From assembly GCF_036321535.1 (NCBI RefSeq), contig NC_087436.1, forward strand, positions 9,672,001 through 9,736,000: a stretch of DNA of 64,000 nucleotides, given 5' to 3'. Positions within the stretch are counted from its first letter, which is position 1, and every line of letters begins with the position of its first letter. The notes beneath the pieces were generated by a model that saw nothing but the letters and a program-made list of their open reading frames with translations, searched no databases and was not told the DNA's origin. The translations under genes were made by a program, and so were the position numbers. This DNA comes from Camelus dromedarius (lineage: Eukaryota). Positions 13,684-27,199 of the stretch are shown here, piece after piece.

Positions 13684-13786
13684 GGGAAGTGGCTATAGCT
13701 CAGGCGTAGAGCACATGCTTAGCATGCTTGAGGTCCTGGGTTCAGTCCCCAGTACCTCCACTAAAAAAAGGAAAAAAAGAAAAAAT
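13684..13786 (+). mobile_element. Camelid tRNA-derived SINE (vic-1 type)
   Basis: A-box (tatagctcaggcgtagagc), B-box (gggttcagtccc), tRNA-Ala-like body cttagcatg, A-rich tail. Confidence 0.85.
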
Positions 13787-15546
13787 GCTAGGTTTAATGT
13801 CTTCTCACATATAAGGGCAAGTCATTTTGTCATCCTGAAATGCAGGGACATCTTTTGGTCCTTATCAATGCAAAGTGATGATCCTATACCATAGTTCTTC
13901 TAATGCTCTATTTCTTCCATCACCTTTCTCTCATTCAAACTCTCTAAGAAGATGGATCTAATTGAGTCATTTAGTCACTAATATGGGGCACCACGTTATG
14001 CAGAGATATGAGAAGCCATGTGACAGACTATTGATAACTTTCATGTTTGCCATGTAAATGATCAACTTTGAATCAGGTACTGATGTTGGGTTCGCTCATT
14101 CCTGTTCCACAGAGAGCACTGAAACTTACATGTTAGAAATCTCCTGTGACTGCTTTTGTTCAAAATGGGTCAATGAAACTGGAATTTACTTTAAGGCTTC
14201 AAAATGTGTCAGTGCAAAACACAACATCACAGAAGTTGAAAAAAGATACTGTGTATCCTCAGAATGAGTGGCAAAATAGAACCTACTTAAATGGGAAAAA
14301 AAAATGGTAGGAAACAAAATGGACTCATCCTCCAGCTTTCCTCATCTCCCAATGTGGAATCTTACACAAACCTACTTTCCATGAGGAAATTTGACATTTA
14401 ATAATCCCTGTTTTACAGTCTCACCTTATATAATGTATATGCCTTAAGTCCTATTACTAAGATATTCAAACCTTCACTAACCAAACAAAAATTAAAATGT
14501 AATAGAGGATTAATGGATAATTGTGGTTTAATGGATTAATATTCTCATGTTTAATTTCTTTTAAGGAATTCAGTGGATTAGCCCAAACAGTAAAAACATT
14601 AGACATTGTGATGGAGTTTGTAGAAATGTTATGTTGATGGGAGACCATTCCAATCAAATAATAACACTTGAGTTGGTAGAGTTACTGCCTTATTAGTTGT
14701 ATGATGATGTTAATGATAATACTCCCATTTTTTTAGTCAATGGAATAAATTACCCTAATATGAGTAATATAAAAATTAAATCACCAAAATTGCTATATAA
14801 ATCCAATACTGGCCCTAGAAATCACCATGAAATTTTAGATCTTTCAAAAACCTCATGTTTTATGTTTCCCAATTTTATTTCACAGGGTTAATAAGGAAAT
14901 AAAATATGCTAAAGCACTAAGTACAGTTTCTGTCACTTATAAATCAATATATACATTAGAAGATTCAGAATTTTAAAAAAATCTGAGGCTGAAAGTAGTG
15001 AAGTTAATTGACCAAGCTCATAAAGCTAGATTAACAGAAAATCTGAAAGAAGAACTTCCACCTCCAAGACATTCCCTGCACAATTCTTTCTGCTTTGCCA
15101 TGTTGCCTTTGATGCGCACAACACTATCGCTTCCTCCCTGATTCCCCATCTATTGCAGGGTAGCCCTGGCTTGTTTATTAATACTCCTAAGTTTTTGAGT
15201 ACTAAATGTCTTCTATATGGAGAAGAATCATTGCTTTCAAAAATTAGACTTCAATTTATGAAATAGCTTTTATCTTTAACCTAGTTAAAGTGAAGCTTTC
15301 AAAATGTTTCACGAAAAAATAAACAAACCAGAAATACAGCACTTCTATTTATTTTAATAAAGCTTAAGTTTTACCCTATGAACTTGCTCTTGCTGGGCAT
15401 AGATTTTAGATAAACATAAGTCCAAAGGTTGGACATTGACTTGATATTTGAGGTTAGTTCAGTGGATAGATCAGTGACTTTTTTACTTAAATTCCATGAT
15501 ATATACGCAAAGGTAAGAGAAAATCACATATATGGTGTTAAGGAAG

Positions 15547-15550
<4 letters not shown>

Positions 15551-15590
<40 letters not shown>
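15551..15590. repeat. (TG)n microsatellite
   Basis: Direct reading; about 19-20 units. Confidence 0.95.
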
Positions 15591-15592
<2 letters not shown>

Positions 15593-15599
15593 TTGTGTT

Positions 15600-18195
15600 C
15601 ATTTGTATTGATCCTATATGAGGTTCATGTCACCACTTGAATATGTAGCTTAATTTTTTTTTTATCAGTTTTGGGAAAGTCTTAGCTATTCTAGCTCAAA
15701 ATAGTGCTTTAGGTCCATTTGTTATTTCCTCTCTTTTGAAGATTCTAATGAAACATAGAGCAGCACATTCCTTCATATCCTCTATGACCTCTCTGCAATT
15801 TTCATTCTTTTCTCTCTCTCTGCCTCACTTTGCATATTTGCACCTGACCTACACTCCACTCTTTAATTCTCGGTGGTTTGCCTGGGCATTACAATTAACA
15901 TAGTAATATAAAATAATTTCTTTCAAGTTAACACTAACTTAATTTCAATATTATACAAAAATGTTTCCCTAAGATATCTCTGTTCCTTCCCCTACCCTTG
16001 GTGCCATTAAATCTTTATACATTATAAACCGATCAACAGTTTTATAATTATTGCTTTGAGATTTTTGTTTAATCACATAGCAGAAGAAAAGAGTTACAAA
16101 CAAAAATACATTTATGCTGCTTTTTATATTCACCTACATTGTTGTCTTACTAGTGCCCTTTATTTCTTCCTAGGGATTCAAGTTACCATGAAATGTCCTT
16201 TCAATTCAGCCTGAAGAACTCCCTTTGTTATTTCTTATAGGGCAGATCTTCTAGCAATGAGTTCTCCCTTTTTGTTTGTCTAGGAATATGTTAATTTCTC
16301 CTTCATTATTGAAAGAGAGTTTTGCTGAATGTAGAATTCTTGGTTGACAAGTGTTTTGTATTTTTTTTGGTAATTCCATCCCTTCTAAGGTTCCATGTTT
16401 CTGCCTTCTGTCCACCATGAGAAATCATCTGTTGATCTTATTGAAGATTCCTTGTATGTGATGTTTTTTTTTTTTCAAGATTTTCTTGTCTTTGACTTTT
16501 TGTCAGTTTGACCATAAGAAAGGGTCACTTTGAACTTACTTGAAATTTGTTGAGATTCTTGGACATATAGATAAACATTTTTCATCAAATTTGGGAAGTT
16601 TTGGGCCATTATTTCTTCATATGTTTATGTCCCCTTCTTTTCCTCTGCTCCTTCTGGAATTCCCATAAGGTATATGTTGGTATACTCTATGTTGTCCCAC
16701 AGTTCTCTAATGTCCTCTTTTTCTTTATGCTTTTCTGTTCCTCATATTGGAAAATCTCTGTTGACATATCTTACTGTTAAATGATTCTTTTCTACCAAAT
16801 CAAATCTGATATTAATCTCCTCTAGTGAGTTTTTCATTTTAGTTATTGTTCTTTCAGCTCCTAAGTTTATATTTGATTCCTTTATGTTATTTCTTTCTAC
16901 TGATTGATTATGTATATTTGGGGAGACATAATTGTCATACTTTATGTTTTTAGACATGATGTCCCTTAATTCCTTTGACACGTGTACAATAGCTGCTTTA
17001 AAGTCCTTGCCGACTACATCTGGGCCTCCTGAGGGACGTTTTCTGTAGGGCTGCCTGTTCTCCTATATATGTATCATACTTTCTTTATCTCATAATTTTT
17101 TTATTGAAAACTGGACATTGTAGATCTTATATTGTAACAACTCTGGTATCAGTTCCTTTCTTCCCCCCAGGGATTATTTCTGTTGTTGTTACTGTTGTTT
17201 TTCTTGTTACTACTTTTTTTTTAATGACTTTCCCTAGTTTGGCAGATTCTCTGTTCCTTGTAGTATATGGCCACTGAGTTCCCAGCCAGCATTTTTTAAG
17301 TTCTTGTTTTTATTTTTAAGTCTGGCTTGCTAGAGTCAGCCCAAGGTCAGTATAATGTAGTAGTCAGCCAATGATGAGTCAGAATTCCTTAAATGCTTGC
17401 CTGCATGCCTATCACCCTTTGCCAAGGGAATCTATGTGAGAAGGCATGCCTTCCAATCTTATGCAGCTTAACAAAACAGTCTTATTTTTGACTTTCTACT
17501 TGCACATGGTCTCAAATTCAGACAGAAGTGAGTGAGCAACTGGAACTTTCTCCTTTTCCAAGTCTTTTGTGGGCACACACAAAGCCCTGTACATAAGTAC
17601 AACTTTCTCAGTCCCAGGAATATGCTGGAAATTTTCAAAGTTCCCAATGATCATCTAGTTCTGTTGATTTTCCTTTAATTTTTGACCAGGCTCTTGTTTC
17701 TCCAGCTGAAATCACAGCCTAAGGCAGCTCTAATTTTGCCAGCAGACTGCTATTATTTTCAGACTGTTATGCCCTCAGGATATGGCTTTTTGCACTACAC
17801 TGAGCTCTGAGTGAAATCAAATAGCCACGACACCTTAGGAACTGATATTTCCTAAAACTCTACTGACAAAATATTGACTGTGCTCTGAGGATGGGGTTTT
17901 TAACATAACTCAGAAAAGATCCACTCCTACCTTTGGATGCAAGGCCGCTGGCTTTCATAAGCTACCAGACCACTAGCACTAGAGAGGGAGAAATGAGGGG
18001 AACAGGGCAAAATTAAACACTGCCAACCCTGGCGTCTTACAAAGATTCAGTACTTTCTCATAGATACATAATTGTCAGCTTGTTTGGTGGTTTGGGATAA
18101 CTTTCAATGTTATGAAATGGTTCATTTCAGTCATTTTGTCATTTTCCCATTGTTTCTGTGGGAGAACTATCCACTCAGAGTGCCATTCCAGGAGT
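15600..18195 (-). mobile_element. Ancient L1M 5'UTR, ORF1 and spacer fragments
   Basis: ORF 16742-16981 has ORF1 coiled-coil text (ITKMKNSLEEINIRFDLVE). T-rich reverse L1 motifs (tttgctgaatgtagaattcttggttgaca; caaatttgggaagtttt). Confidence 0.65.
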
Positions 18196-18979
18196 CTGTC
18201 CTTTCTTATGCCTTGTCTCATTCCAGCTGCCTATAAAATTTAGTATTCTAAGGGTAAAAGTTCAACCTTTTTTGCTCACAGCTGTTTCATCAGAACTAGC
18301 ACAGCTCCTTCACAAAGAAAGTGCTCAAAGAAAGAGATTAAGATAGAAAAATAAGTAGATATATACGTATATAGAAAAAGAAAAGAAAAGATATATGCAT
18401 ATATGTATAGGCATTCTTACAGATGCATAATTTTTATAAGATATGCAAGATATTAAGTAGTGACTACTTCTGCAAAATGGAAAGCCAGTGTGGGAAAATA
18501 AATTGGTTTTTACCCTTTATGTTTCTCTGCTGGTTGAACTTTTAGAGAAACATGAATTATACCTATATTTAGTAAAGACAGATTGATAAATGAATGGATA
18601 AAATTAAGTTATCCTCAAAAAATTTAAGATTTTTACTTTCATGATTATTCTCTGTATAAACTCTCCTTTGTCAATGCTCTTGTGAAAATGTGGCTTTTAC
18701 AACTCAGTAAGAAATAAAATATAAAAAAGGGAATTGGGATCTTACACCAGGTATAGTGTGATTGATTTTTCTAATTTGAATAGATTGTCTTAATGATGAC
18801 GTCTTTTGGGAATTTTAATAACTAAATATTTGAAAAAGACTAAAGGATATGCTTTATAGAAAGAGTTATATTTTATGGTGCCAGTGGGACAAACAGAAAA
18901 AGATGGGGAGGCTTTTACTTAGATCTTGACATTCCAGGCAGGGGAAAGGTGTTAAGGTCCAAGGTGTACTTTTCCTGAA

Positions 18980-19481
18980 CAGCAGTTCTCAAAGTGCAGT
19001 CTTAAGTCCCCAAGATCTTTTGGAGCATATACAAAAACAAAATGTTTTTTTTTTAAGAATATTAAAATGTTATTTGCCATTTTCACTCTCAGACCCTCCG
19101 GAGACGCACAGTACAGTTTTCCAGAGGCTATTTGTCATGTGATATCACAACAGTCTGAGTGCAGAAGCACAGGTGAGAATCCAGATGTTTTCCATGAAGC
19201 TAGACATTAAAGAGAGTTGCAAAAATGTGGAATAATACCGCTTTCTTCAGTAAATTTTGGCCTGGAAATTATAGTTATCTTTTAATTTAAAAATGTATTT
19301 ATATTAACCTGTAATGGGCCTGTGGATATTTTCAGGTAAATTAATATTTGTTTAGTTTTAATTTATAAATTGATTAATATAAATAGATATAATCATTATT
19401 TTAAAAAAGCTCTTTCGGGTCCTCAAGAATTTTTATTAGTGCAAAGAGTTCCTGAGAAACCAAAAATTTTGAAAATTGCAG
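18980..19481. mobile_element. hAT-Charlie non-autonomous DNA transposon (MER20B-like)
   Basis: Imperfect TIRs cagcagttctcaaa ... tttgaaaattgcag. Internal gttttccagaggcta and gaagctagacattaaagagag match the recalled consensus. Confidence 0.7.
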
Positions 19482-20487
19482 CAATAGATCAGCCAAAAGG
19501 CATTATAAATGAAAAAAAAAAAAAACTTCCAAGAAGAATTGATTTACTTGAATATTTTATAAAAATACAAAATTTAAAAAAAAAAATTACACTGGTTGAG
19601 ACACAATGTCAATATTGACAAAATGGTACAAAATCAAGTACCTACAGCAAAATAAACTAAAACTAAAGACATTCTGAAATGCTGACACATGAACGGCTTT
19701 ACTTTTTTAAACTTCTAAGTCTGTAAGAATATTACAATATGTACTTTGGATGAATAGTAAGAATCAACAGTATTAAAAAAAGCCAAATTTCAAAATCAAT
19801 TTTGAGAAAACTTAGATATTTCTTCAAGAAAGTTAAAATGCTTCTTTGAAGATTCTCCAGCAGAGAAAAATTCTGAAAAATCATAGAAAATAAAATTACA
19901 TCAGCCCATAAAATGGCAAATGTCATAATATGGGTCAGGTACCTTATTGGCTAAGGAAATTAAAATCTATATAATGATTTATCCACCAACAACATAAATA
20001 AGTCAATGAAATAAATATATGTGTGTGTGTGTGTGTTTGTGAGTGAGTGTGTGTGTGTCTGTGCATGCTTGTGAATGTGTATGTACACATGTGTGTATTT
20101 TTCACTCAGATCTAGGATGGGGGACCTTTAATCTATTTTCAAATGTCATCCAGCTACATTCTCTCCAACTGGCTTAAAGCAAAAGGTCAAGTGAATTAAG
20201 TCGCTGAGTCCGTGTGGAGCCCTAAGATCAGCCACATTCAAGGGATCCTGAGTGTCTAGTCAGGTCAGGAGATTTGGTTATTTTGTTAGTTTGGAGCAAT
20301 TATGTCCCTTAGCACAGAAGTAAAGATAGTCGAATATTTACCTGAAGAGTAACAATCAATTAAAGCAGTTTTCACACACACACAAAAAGCAGTACATGAG
20401 TACCAGGCTACACTGAGAACATTTTTTGATGCTTTGAATTTATTAAACAATGTTAACGATCAGGTCAAGATGCATTTCATGTTACAA

Positions 20488-20670
20488 TCAGTGATTCTTA
20501 AGCTTTTGACATGTATAGGAGTTTCCTGTGGACCTTGCAAAAAATGCAATTTAATAGGAGCTTCACCTTTAACAGATTCTAATTACAGATACAGTGAGGT
20601 GGAACCCTAAAAGCTTACATGTGAGCGGGCATCTGAGCTGATTCTGCTGCCTGTGAATTCAGTAAAACCT
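20488..20670. mobile_element. MER5A-like hAT-Charlie relic
   Basis: cagtgattcttaagcttt...aaaaatgca...cagattctaatt...ctgattctgctgc. Confidence 0.55.
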
Positions 20671-21535
20671 TGAGGAAAACGTTCCTGTAAAAATCTCAGT
20701 ATTTTAAAACTTTAAAGTTTTAAAACTTTTCATTTAAATTTTGATAAGTTGTTTCACAAATATAATTTGATATAGTAAAGCTATTTACAGATAAATGCAA
20801 TCATATTAAGAGACTTAGGATAAAGTACGGAATATGCAGTTAAAAATCAACTCAGTACATCAATCATGATAAAGTTACCCAACCTTATAAATGTGCATAA
20901 TGTACATGAGTGTGTGTTTAAGATAATTTTAACACATTAATTACAATTAAATTATCCAACTTTGGCAAATAATTATACTAATGGTTTTAGCTTCATGATT
21001 TTTCAAAAAAGTTTAGTTAAATTAACATCCTCTTCTCTCTAAAGATTAAACTTATTTGGGACTGCATGGATGTTTTTACTTTAGTAGAGTTATTATTTCT
21101 ATCTTTAGGGAATTGTTTTGTATAGTGTAGGTAAATATAAATGTTTAATGTATTTTTAGATGATCTTAATGTCTATAAAGACATAAAAGAAAATGTTTAT
21201 CAGGTAAGTAATAGAATAACCATTAAAAATTTCTGTAAATTTTATCAGAATATTAAATGACCTGAAGGCCTGATAAAATAATAATTCTTTAACAAACCTT
21301 GAAGTCTTTCTTTTTAAAGCACTAATTATTCTTTTCCTTCAAGCTTAACATTTTTTTCTTTGTTTAGAAAATAATTCATAATTTATTTGATGAGGACATT
21401 GGCTCCCAAGCTGATCATTTTGACTGATGTTTGGATCAAGTCAAGATGTTTAACCAATATTTCATTGAATATCTACTACATGCAAGATGGAGAATAGCCA
21501 AGAGATACTATTTCAAAACCAAACCAAAATTCATA

Positions 21536-22136
21536 CATTAGAGCAGGCAGAGAGCAAGATATGAGTAGAAAAGGGGGCAGGGACCAAACTGCAGGAAACC
21601 ATACATCTTTAGAACAATGGGAGTCCTTGGGTAGACAGAGAAAAGCAGGATCCTCCAGACTGATAAGAAATCACAACTTTTGGGGTGACAAGTGTCCTGG
21701 AGGCAGGCAAAGAAAGGTGGGAAAAGGCAGGAATGTCCAGTGTTCAAATGTAGCCTTTTGCTCATTATGCTCATTATAATAAAATTAGCCTCAGAGATGA
21801 AAAGTACCCATCATGCACTGACACCATGCCACTTCCAATCTGGACTAAATAAGAACAAAAATTCCTCCTCCCCTTGAGAAGGTGGAGCTGGGATGAAAAT
21901 CAGAGGTTATGACCTCAAGCCCCTCCCACACCAATGAATATTTCACCCATTTGTTTTTACACCCTATGTAACCAACTTGCCAAAGAAATTCAGCACTTCT
22001 GCTCACCTGAGTCTGTCCGCTCTTTCATTGCAAGCATAATACATACTGCTTAATAAACCCTTACTTTACTTTCTTGACATTCCTGTCTTGTCCAAATTCT
22101 TTCTGCAATGAGATGAGAACCTAATCTCTGCCAACA
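21536..22136 (+). mobile_element. ERV1-class solo LTR (same family as 31448-32098)
   Basis: About 600 bp, ends CCAACA, has AATAAA near the 3' end. Aligns along its length with 31448-32098. Flanks cata/aata give a 3/4 TSD. Confidence 0.8.
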
Positions 22137-22139
22137 AAT

Positions 22140-22664
22140 ATATCTAACCTATAGTGCCTGAGTGTGGTAAGTGCTTTAAAGGAAGCAGAAAGACATGATA
22201 ATGGAGGAAGAGAAATCTCTATGTCCAAAAAAGCCATGGAGAGAAGGGATGAAAGCTTTGTGGAAAATTGCACAAAGGAAAATAAATTTGACCTGGACTT
22301 TGAAGACTAATAGGGATTTTGACCTACTGAAACACATTAGGACAGAAAAGCTAACAGGAGTAATAGCATGCGTTCTTGAAATTGTGTCTTATGTGTCAAA
22401 GGATGTGGGATGTATAACATACAGGACAGCAAAGCAGGAGAAGATGAGGCTGGTCATGTTGGTCAAATTGCAATTCTGAATAAGCATTAAACGTATGTTT
22501 GGAGTTATGATTTGAATCTATGACCAATTTAAAGCCATAAAATAGTTTTAAAAGCAAATTGGCATAATGGCATAATGGTATGTGTCCTTTGGAAATAGTC
22601 CTCTGAGGGCAATGTTGAGAATCAGCCTTAAGAAGGGAAAAACTAGATGCAAGATCATTAGGAG
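22140..22664 (-). mobile_element. LINE-2 relic hosting later insertions (other pieces at about 21440-21535 and 29768-30185)
   Basis: L2 3' end-like aatatttcattgaatatctacta at about 21457. L2 body text (tttgacctggactttgaagac) resumes on both sides of the LTR and the L1. Confidence 0.5.
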
Positions 22665-22995
22665 AATAATATCTTTTTTTTGACATTTTTTATTGATTTA
22701 TAATCATTTTACAATGTTGTGTCAAATTCCAGTGTTCAGCACAATTTTTCAGTTATTCGTGGACATATACACACTCATTGTCACATTTTTTTCTGTGTGA
22801 GTTATCATAACATTTTGTGTATATTTCCCTGTGCTATACAGTGTAGTCTATTCTACAATTTTGAAATCCCAGTCTATCCCTTCCCACCTTCCACCCCCTT
22901 GGTAACCACAAGTCTGTATTCTATGTCTATGTGTCTATTTCTGTCCTTTATTTACGCTTTGTTTTTGTTTGTTTGTTTGTTTTTGTTTTTGTTTT

Positions 22996-25900
22996 TTAGA
23001 TTCCACATATGAGCGATCTCATATGGTATTTTTCTTTCTCTTTCTGGCTTACTTCACTTAGAATGACATTCTCCAGGAGCATCCATGTTGCTGCAAATGG
23101 CATTATGTTGTCGGTTTTTATAGCTGAGTAGTATTCCATTGTATAAATATACCACTTCTTCTTTATCCAGTCACCTGTTGATGGACATTTAGGCTGTTTC
23201 CATGTTTTGGCTATTGTAAACAGTGCTGCTATGAACATTGGGGTGCAGGTGTCATCCTGAAGTAGGGTTCCTTCTGGATACAAGCCCAGGAGTGGGATTC
23301 CTGGGTCATATAGTAAGTCTATTCCTAGTCTTTTGAGGAATCTCCACACTGTTTTCCACAGTGGCTGCACCAAACTGCATTCCCACCAGCAGTGTAGGAG
23401 GGTTCCCTTTTCTCCACAGCCTCTCCAGCATTTGTCATTTGTGGATTTTTTGAATGACGGCCATTCTGACTGGTGTGAGGTGATACCTCATTGTAGTTTT
23501 GATTTGCATTTCTCTGATAATTAGTGATATTGAGCATTTTTTCATGTACTTTTTGATCATTTGTATGTCTTCCTTGGAGAATTGCTTGTTTAGGTCTTCC
23601 GCCCATTTTTGGATTGGGTTGTTTATTTTTTTCTTATTGAGTAGTATGAGCTGCTTATATATTCTGGAGATCAAGCCTTTGTCAGTTTCACTTGCAAAAA
23701 TTTTCTCCCATTCCGTAGGTTTTCTTCTTGTTTTATTTCTGGTTTCCTTTGCTGTGCAGAAGCTTGTAAGTTTCATTAGGTCCCATTTGTTTATTCTTGC
23801 TTTTATTTCTTCTAGGAGAAAATTTTTGAGATGTATGTCAGATAATGTTTTGCCTATGTTTTCCTCTAGGAGATTTATTGTATCTTGTCTTATGTTTAAG
23901 TCTTTAATCCATTTTGAGTTGATTTTTGTATATGGTGTAAGGGAGTGTTCTAGCTTCATTGTTTTACATGCTGCTGTCCAGTTTTCCCAACACCATTTGC
24001 TGAAGAGACTGTCTTTATTCCAATGTATATTCTTGCCTCCTTTGTCAAAGATGAGTTGACCAAAAGTTTATGGGTTCATTTCTGGGCTCTCTATTCTGTT
24101 CCATTGGTCTATATCTCTGTTTTGGTACCAATACCATGCTGTCTTGATGACTGTAGCTCTATAGTATTGTCTGAAGTCTGGGAGAGTTATTCCTCCAGCC
24201 TCTTTCTTTCTCTTCAGTAATGCTTTGGCAATTCTAGGTCTTTGATGGTTCCATATGAATTTTATTATGATTTTTTCTAGTTCTGTGAAATATGTCCTGG
24301 GTAATTGGATAGGGATTGTATTAAATCTGTAGATTGCCTTGGGCAGTGTGACCATTTTAACAATATTGATTCTTCCAATCCAAGAGCATGGAATATCTTT
24401 CCATTTTTTAGAGTCTTCTTTAATTTCCTTCATCAATGGTTTATAGTTTTCTGTGTATAATTCTTTCACCTCCTTGGTTAGATTTATTCCCAGATATTTT
24501 ATTACTTTGGGTGCTATTTTAAAGGGGATTGTTTCTTTACTTTCTTCTTCTGTTGATTTATCATTAGTGTAAAGAAATGCAACTGATTTTTGAACGTTAA
24601 TTTTGTAACCTGCTACCTTGCTGAATTCTTCAATCAGCTCTAGTAGCTTTTGTGTGGACCTTTTAGGGTTTTCTATGTATAGTAACATGTCATCAGCATA
24701 TAATGACACTTTTACCTCTTCTTTTCCAATTTGGATCCCTTTTATTTCTTTCTCTTGCCTGACTGCTGTGGCTAGGACTTCCAGGACTATGTTGAATAGG
24801 AGTGGTGATAGTGGGCATCCTTGTCTTGTCCCAGATTTTAGTGGGAAGCTTTTGAGTTTCTCACCATTGAGTACTATGCTGGCTGTAGGTTTGTCATATA
24901 TAGCTTTTATTATGTTGAGATATGTTCCCTCTATACCCACTTTGGCGAGAGTTTTTATCATAAATGGGTGTTGAATTTTATCAAATGCTTTTTCTGCATC
25001 GATTGAGATGATCATGTGGTTTTTGTCCTTTCTCTTGTTGATGTGATGTATTACACTGATTGATTTGCGTATGTTGAACCAGCCTTGTGTCCCTGGGATG
25101 AACCCCACTTGGTCATGATGTATAAACTTTTTTATGTGTTGTTGGATTCTATTTGCTAAAATTTTGGTGAGGATTTTGGCGTCTATGTTCATCAGTGATA
25201 TTGGCCTATAATTCTCTTTTTTTGTAGTGTCTTTGCCTGGTTTTGGTATCAGGGTGATGGTGGCTTCATAGAATGAGTTTGGGAGTATTCCCTCCTTTTC
25301 AATCGTCTGGAAGAGTTTGAGAAGGACTGGTATGAGTTCTTCTTTGTATGTTTGGTAGAATTCCCCGGTGAAGCCGTCTGGTCCTGGACTTTTATTTGTA
25401 GGGAGGTTTTTAATTGCTATTTCTATTTCCTTTCTAGTGATCGGATTGTTCAAGTGTTCAGATTCTTCTTGATTCAGTTTTGGTGGACAGTATGTTTCCA
25501 GAAACTTGTCCATCTCCTCTAGGTTATCCAGTTTGGTTCCATATAGTTTTTCATAATATTCTCGTATGATATTCTGTATTCTATTTTGTTTGTTGTAATT
25601 TCTCCATTTTCCTTTCTTATTTTGCTAATTTGTGCTCTCTCTTTTTTCTTCTTTGTGACTTTGGCCAGAGGTTTGTCAATTTTATTTACTTTTTCAAAAA
25701 ACCAGCTTTTGGTTTGGTTGATTTTTTCTATGGTCTTGTTAATCTCTATTGTATTTAATTCCTCTCTGATCTTTATTATTTCCTTCCTTCTGCTGCTTTT
25801 TGGGGCTTTTTGTTCTTATTTTTCTAATTCACTCAGGTGGTGGGTTAAATTGTTTATTTGAGATTGTTCTTCTTTTTTGAGGAAGGCCTGTATCGCTATA

Positions 25901-26793
25901 AACTTCCCTCTTAGCACTGCCTTTGCTGTGTCCCATAGGTTTTGAGTGGTTGTGCTTTCATTATCATTTGTCTCAAGGTATTTTTTAATTTCAGCTTTGA
26001 TTTCCTCATTGATCCATTGTTTTTTCAATAACATATTGTTTAATCTCCATGCTTTCCTTTTTTTCTCCTTTGTTTCTCTGTTGTTGATTTCCAGTTTCAT
26101 GGCATTGTGGTCAGTAAAGATGCTTGAGATAATTTCTATCTTCTTAAAATTGTTGAGGTTTCTTTTGTGCCCAAGTACATGATCGATCCTGGAAAATGTT
26201 CCATGTGCACTTGAAAAGAATGTATATCCTATTTTTTGGGTGTGTAATGCTCTGAAAATATCCACCAAATCTAGTTTTTCTATTGTAGTATTTAATTTCT
26301 CTGTTGCCTTGTTTATTTTCTGTCTGGAAGATCTGTCTAGTGATGTTAATGCAGTGTTAAAATCTCCAACTATGATTGTATTCCCATCAATATCCCCCTT
26401 TATCTCTGTTAGTAATTCTTGTATGTACATAGGTGCACCTATGTTGGGCGCATATATATTAACGAGTGTAATACCCTCATCATGTATCACTCCTTTAATC
26501 ATTATAAAATGTCCTTCTTTATCTTTCTTTATGGCCTTTGCTTTAAAGTCTATTTTGTCTGAAATCAGTACTGCTACACCTGCTTTTTTGGCTTTTCCAT
26601 TTGCATGGAATATCCTTTTCCATCCTTTCACTCTCAATCTATATGTGTCCTTCTCCCTAAAGTGGGTCTCTTGTATGCAGCATATTGAAGGTTCTTGCTT
26701 TATTATCCAGTCTGCCACTCTGTGTCTTTTGACTGGAGCATTTAGTCCATTAACATTTACAGTAATTAATGATAGATGTGTGTTTATTGCCAT
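22996..26793 (-). pseudogene. L1 ORF2p (endonuclease, reverse transcriptase, C-terminal Cys domain), disrupted
   Basis: EN motifs (NVNGLN, GDFNT, TDHN) and RT motifs (QGCPLSP, YADD) are intact. In-frame TAA at 25816-25818 and 24068-24070, a -1 frameshift at about 25580 and a +1 frameshift at about 23448. Confidence 0.95.
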
Positions 26794-27199
26794 TTTGAAC
26801 TTATCTTTGCAGTTGAATTGGTATATCCTCTTTGTTCCTTTCTTCTTCCTTTTGTGGTTTGGTAATTTTCCTTTGTATTATCATGGATTTTATTTAATTT
26901 TTGTGACTCCTTTGTAAATTTTTGGCTTGTGGTTACCCTTTTTTGTAAATCTATCAACCCATTACTATAACTGTTTTTATTAAACTGATAGTAACATGAT
27001 CTCAAACCCATCCTACTGTTAAAAAAAAATTTTAAAAAGAAAGAAAAAAATATTCTATATTTCCCTGCCTCCCTCTCCCACTCTCAGTGATTTGTATGTC
27101 TTCTTTTATAATTTCATGTTTATTTTATTTGTAATTCATGAGTTATCACCTTTCCAGTTGTGTGTTTCTCATTTCTGTAGCATCCTGCTGCTTTTCTAT

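Noticed and set aside
13684..13760. tRNA-like sequences here and at 30201, 48020, 48510 and 55303
   Set aside because: They have degenerate stems and A-rich tails, with a clear TSD at 30201. They are SINE copies, not tRNA genes.
20702..20725. Perfect 24-bp palindrome ttttaaaactttaaagttttaaaa
   Set aside because: Low-complexity AT sequence with no associated element, plausible by chance or local slippage.
23333..26917. Long hydrophobic plus-strand ORFs (186, 118 and 225 aa)
   Set aside because: They are antisense shadows of L1 ORF2, routinely seen opposite L1 coding sequence.
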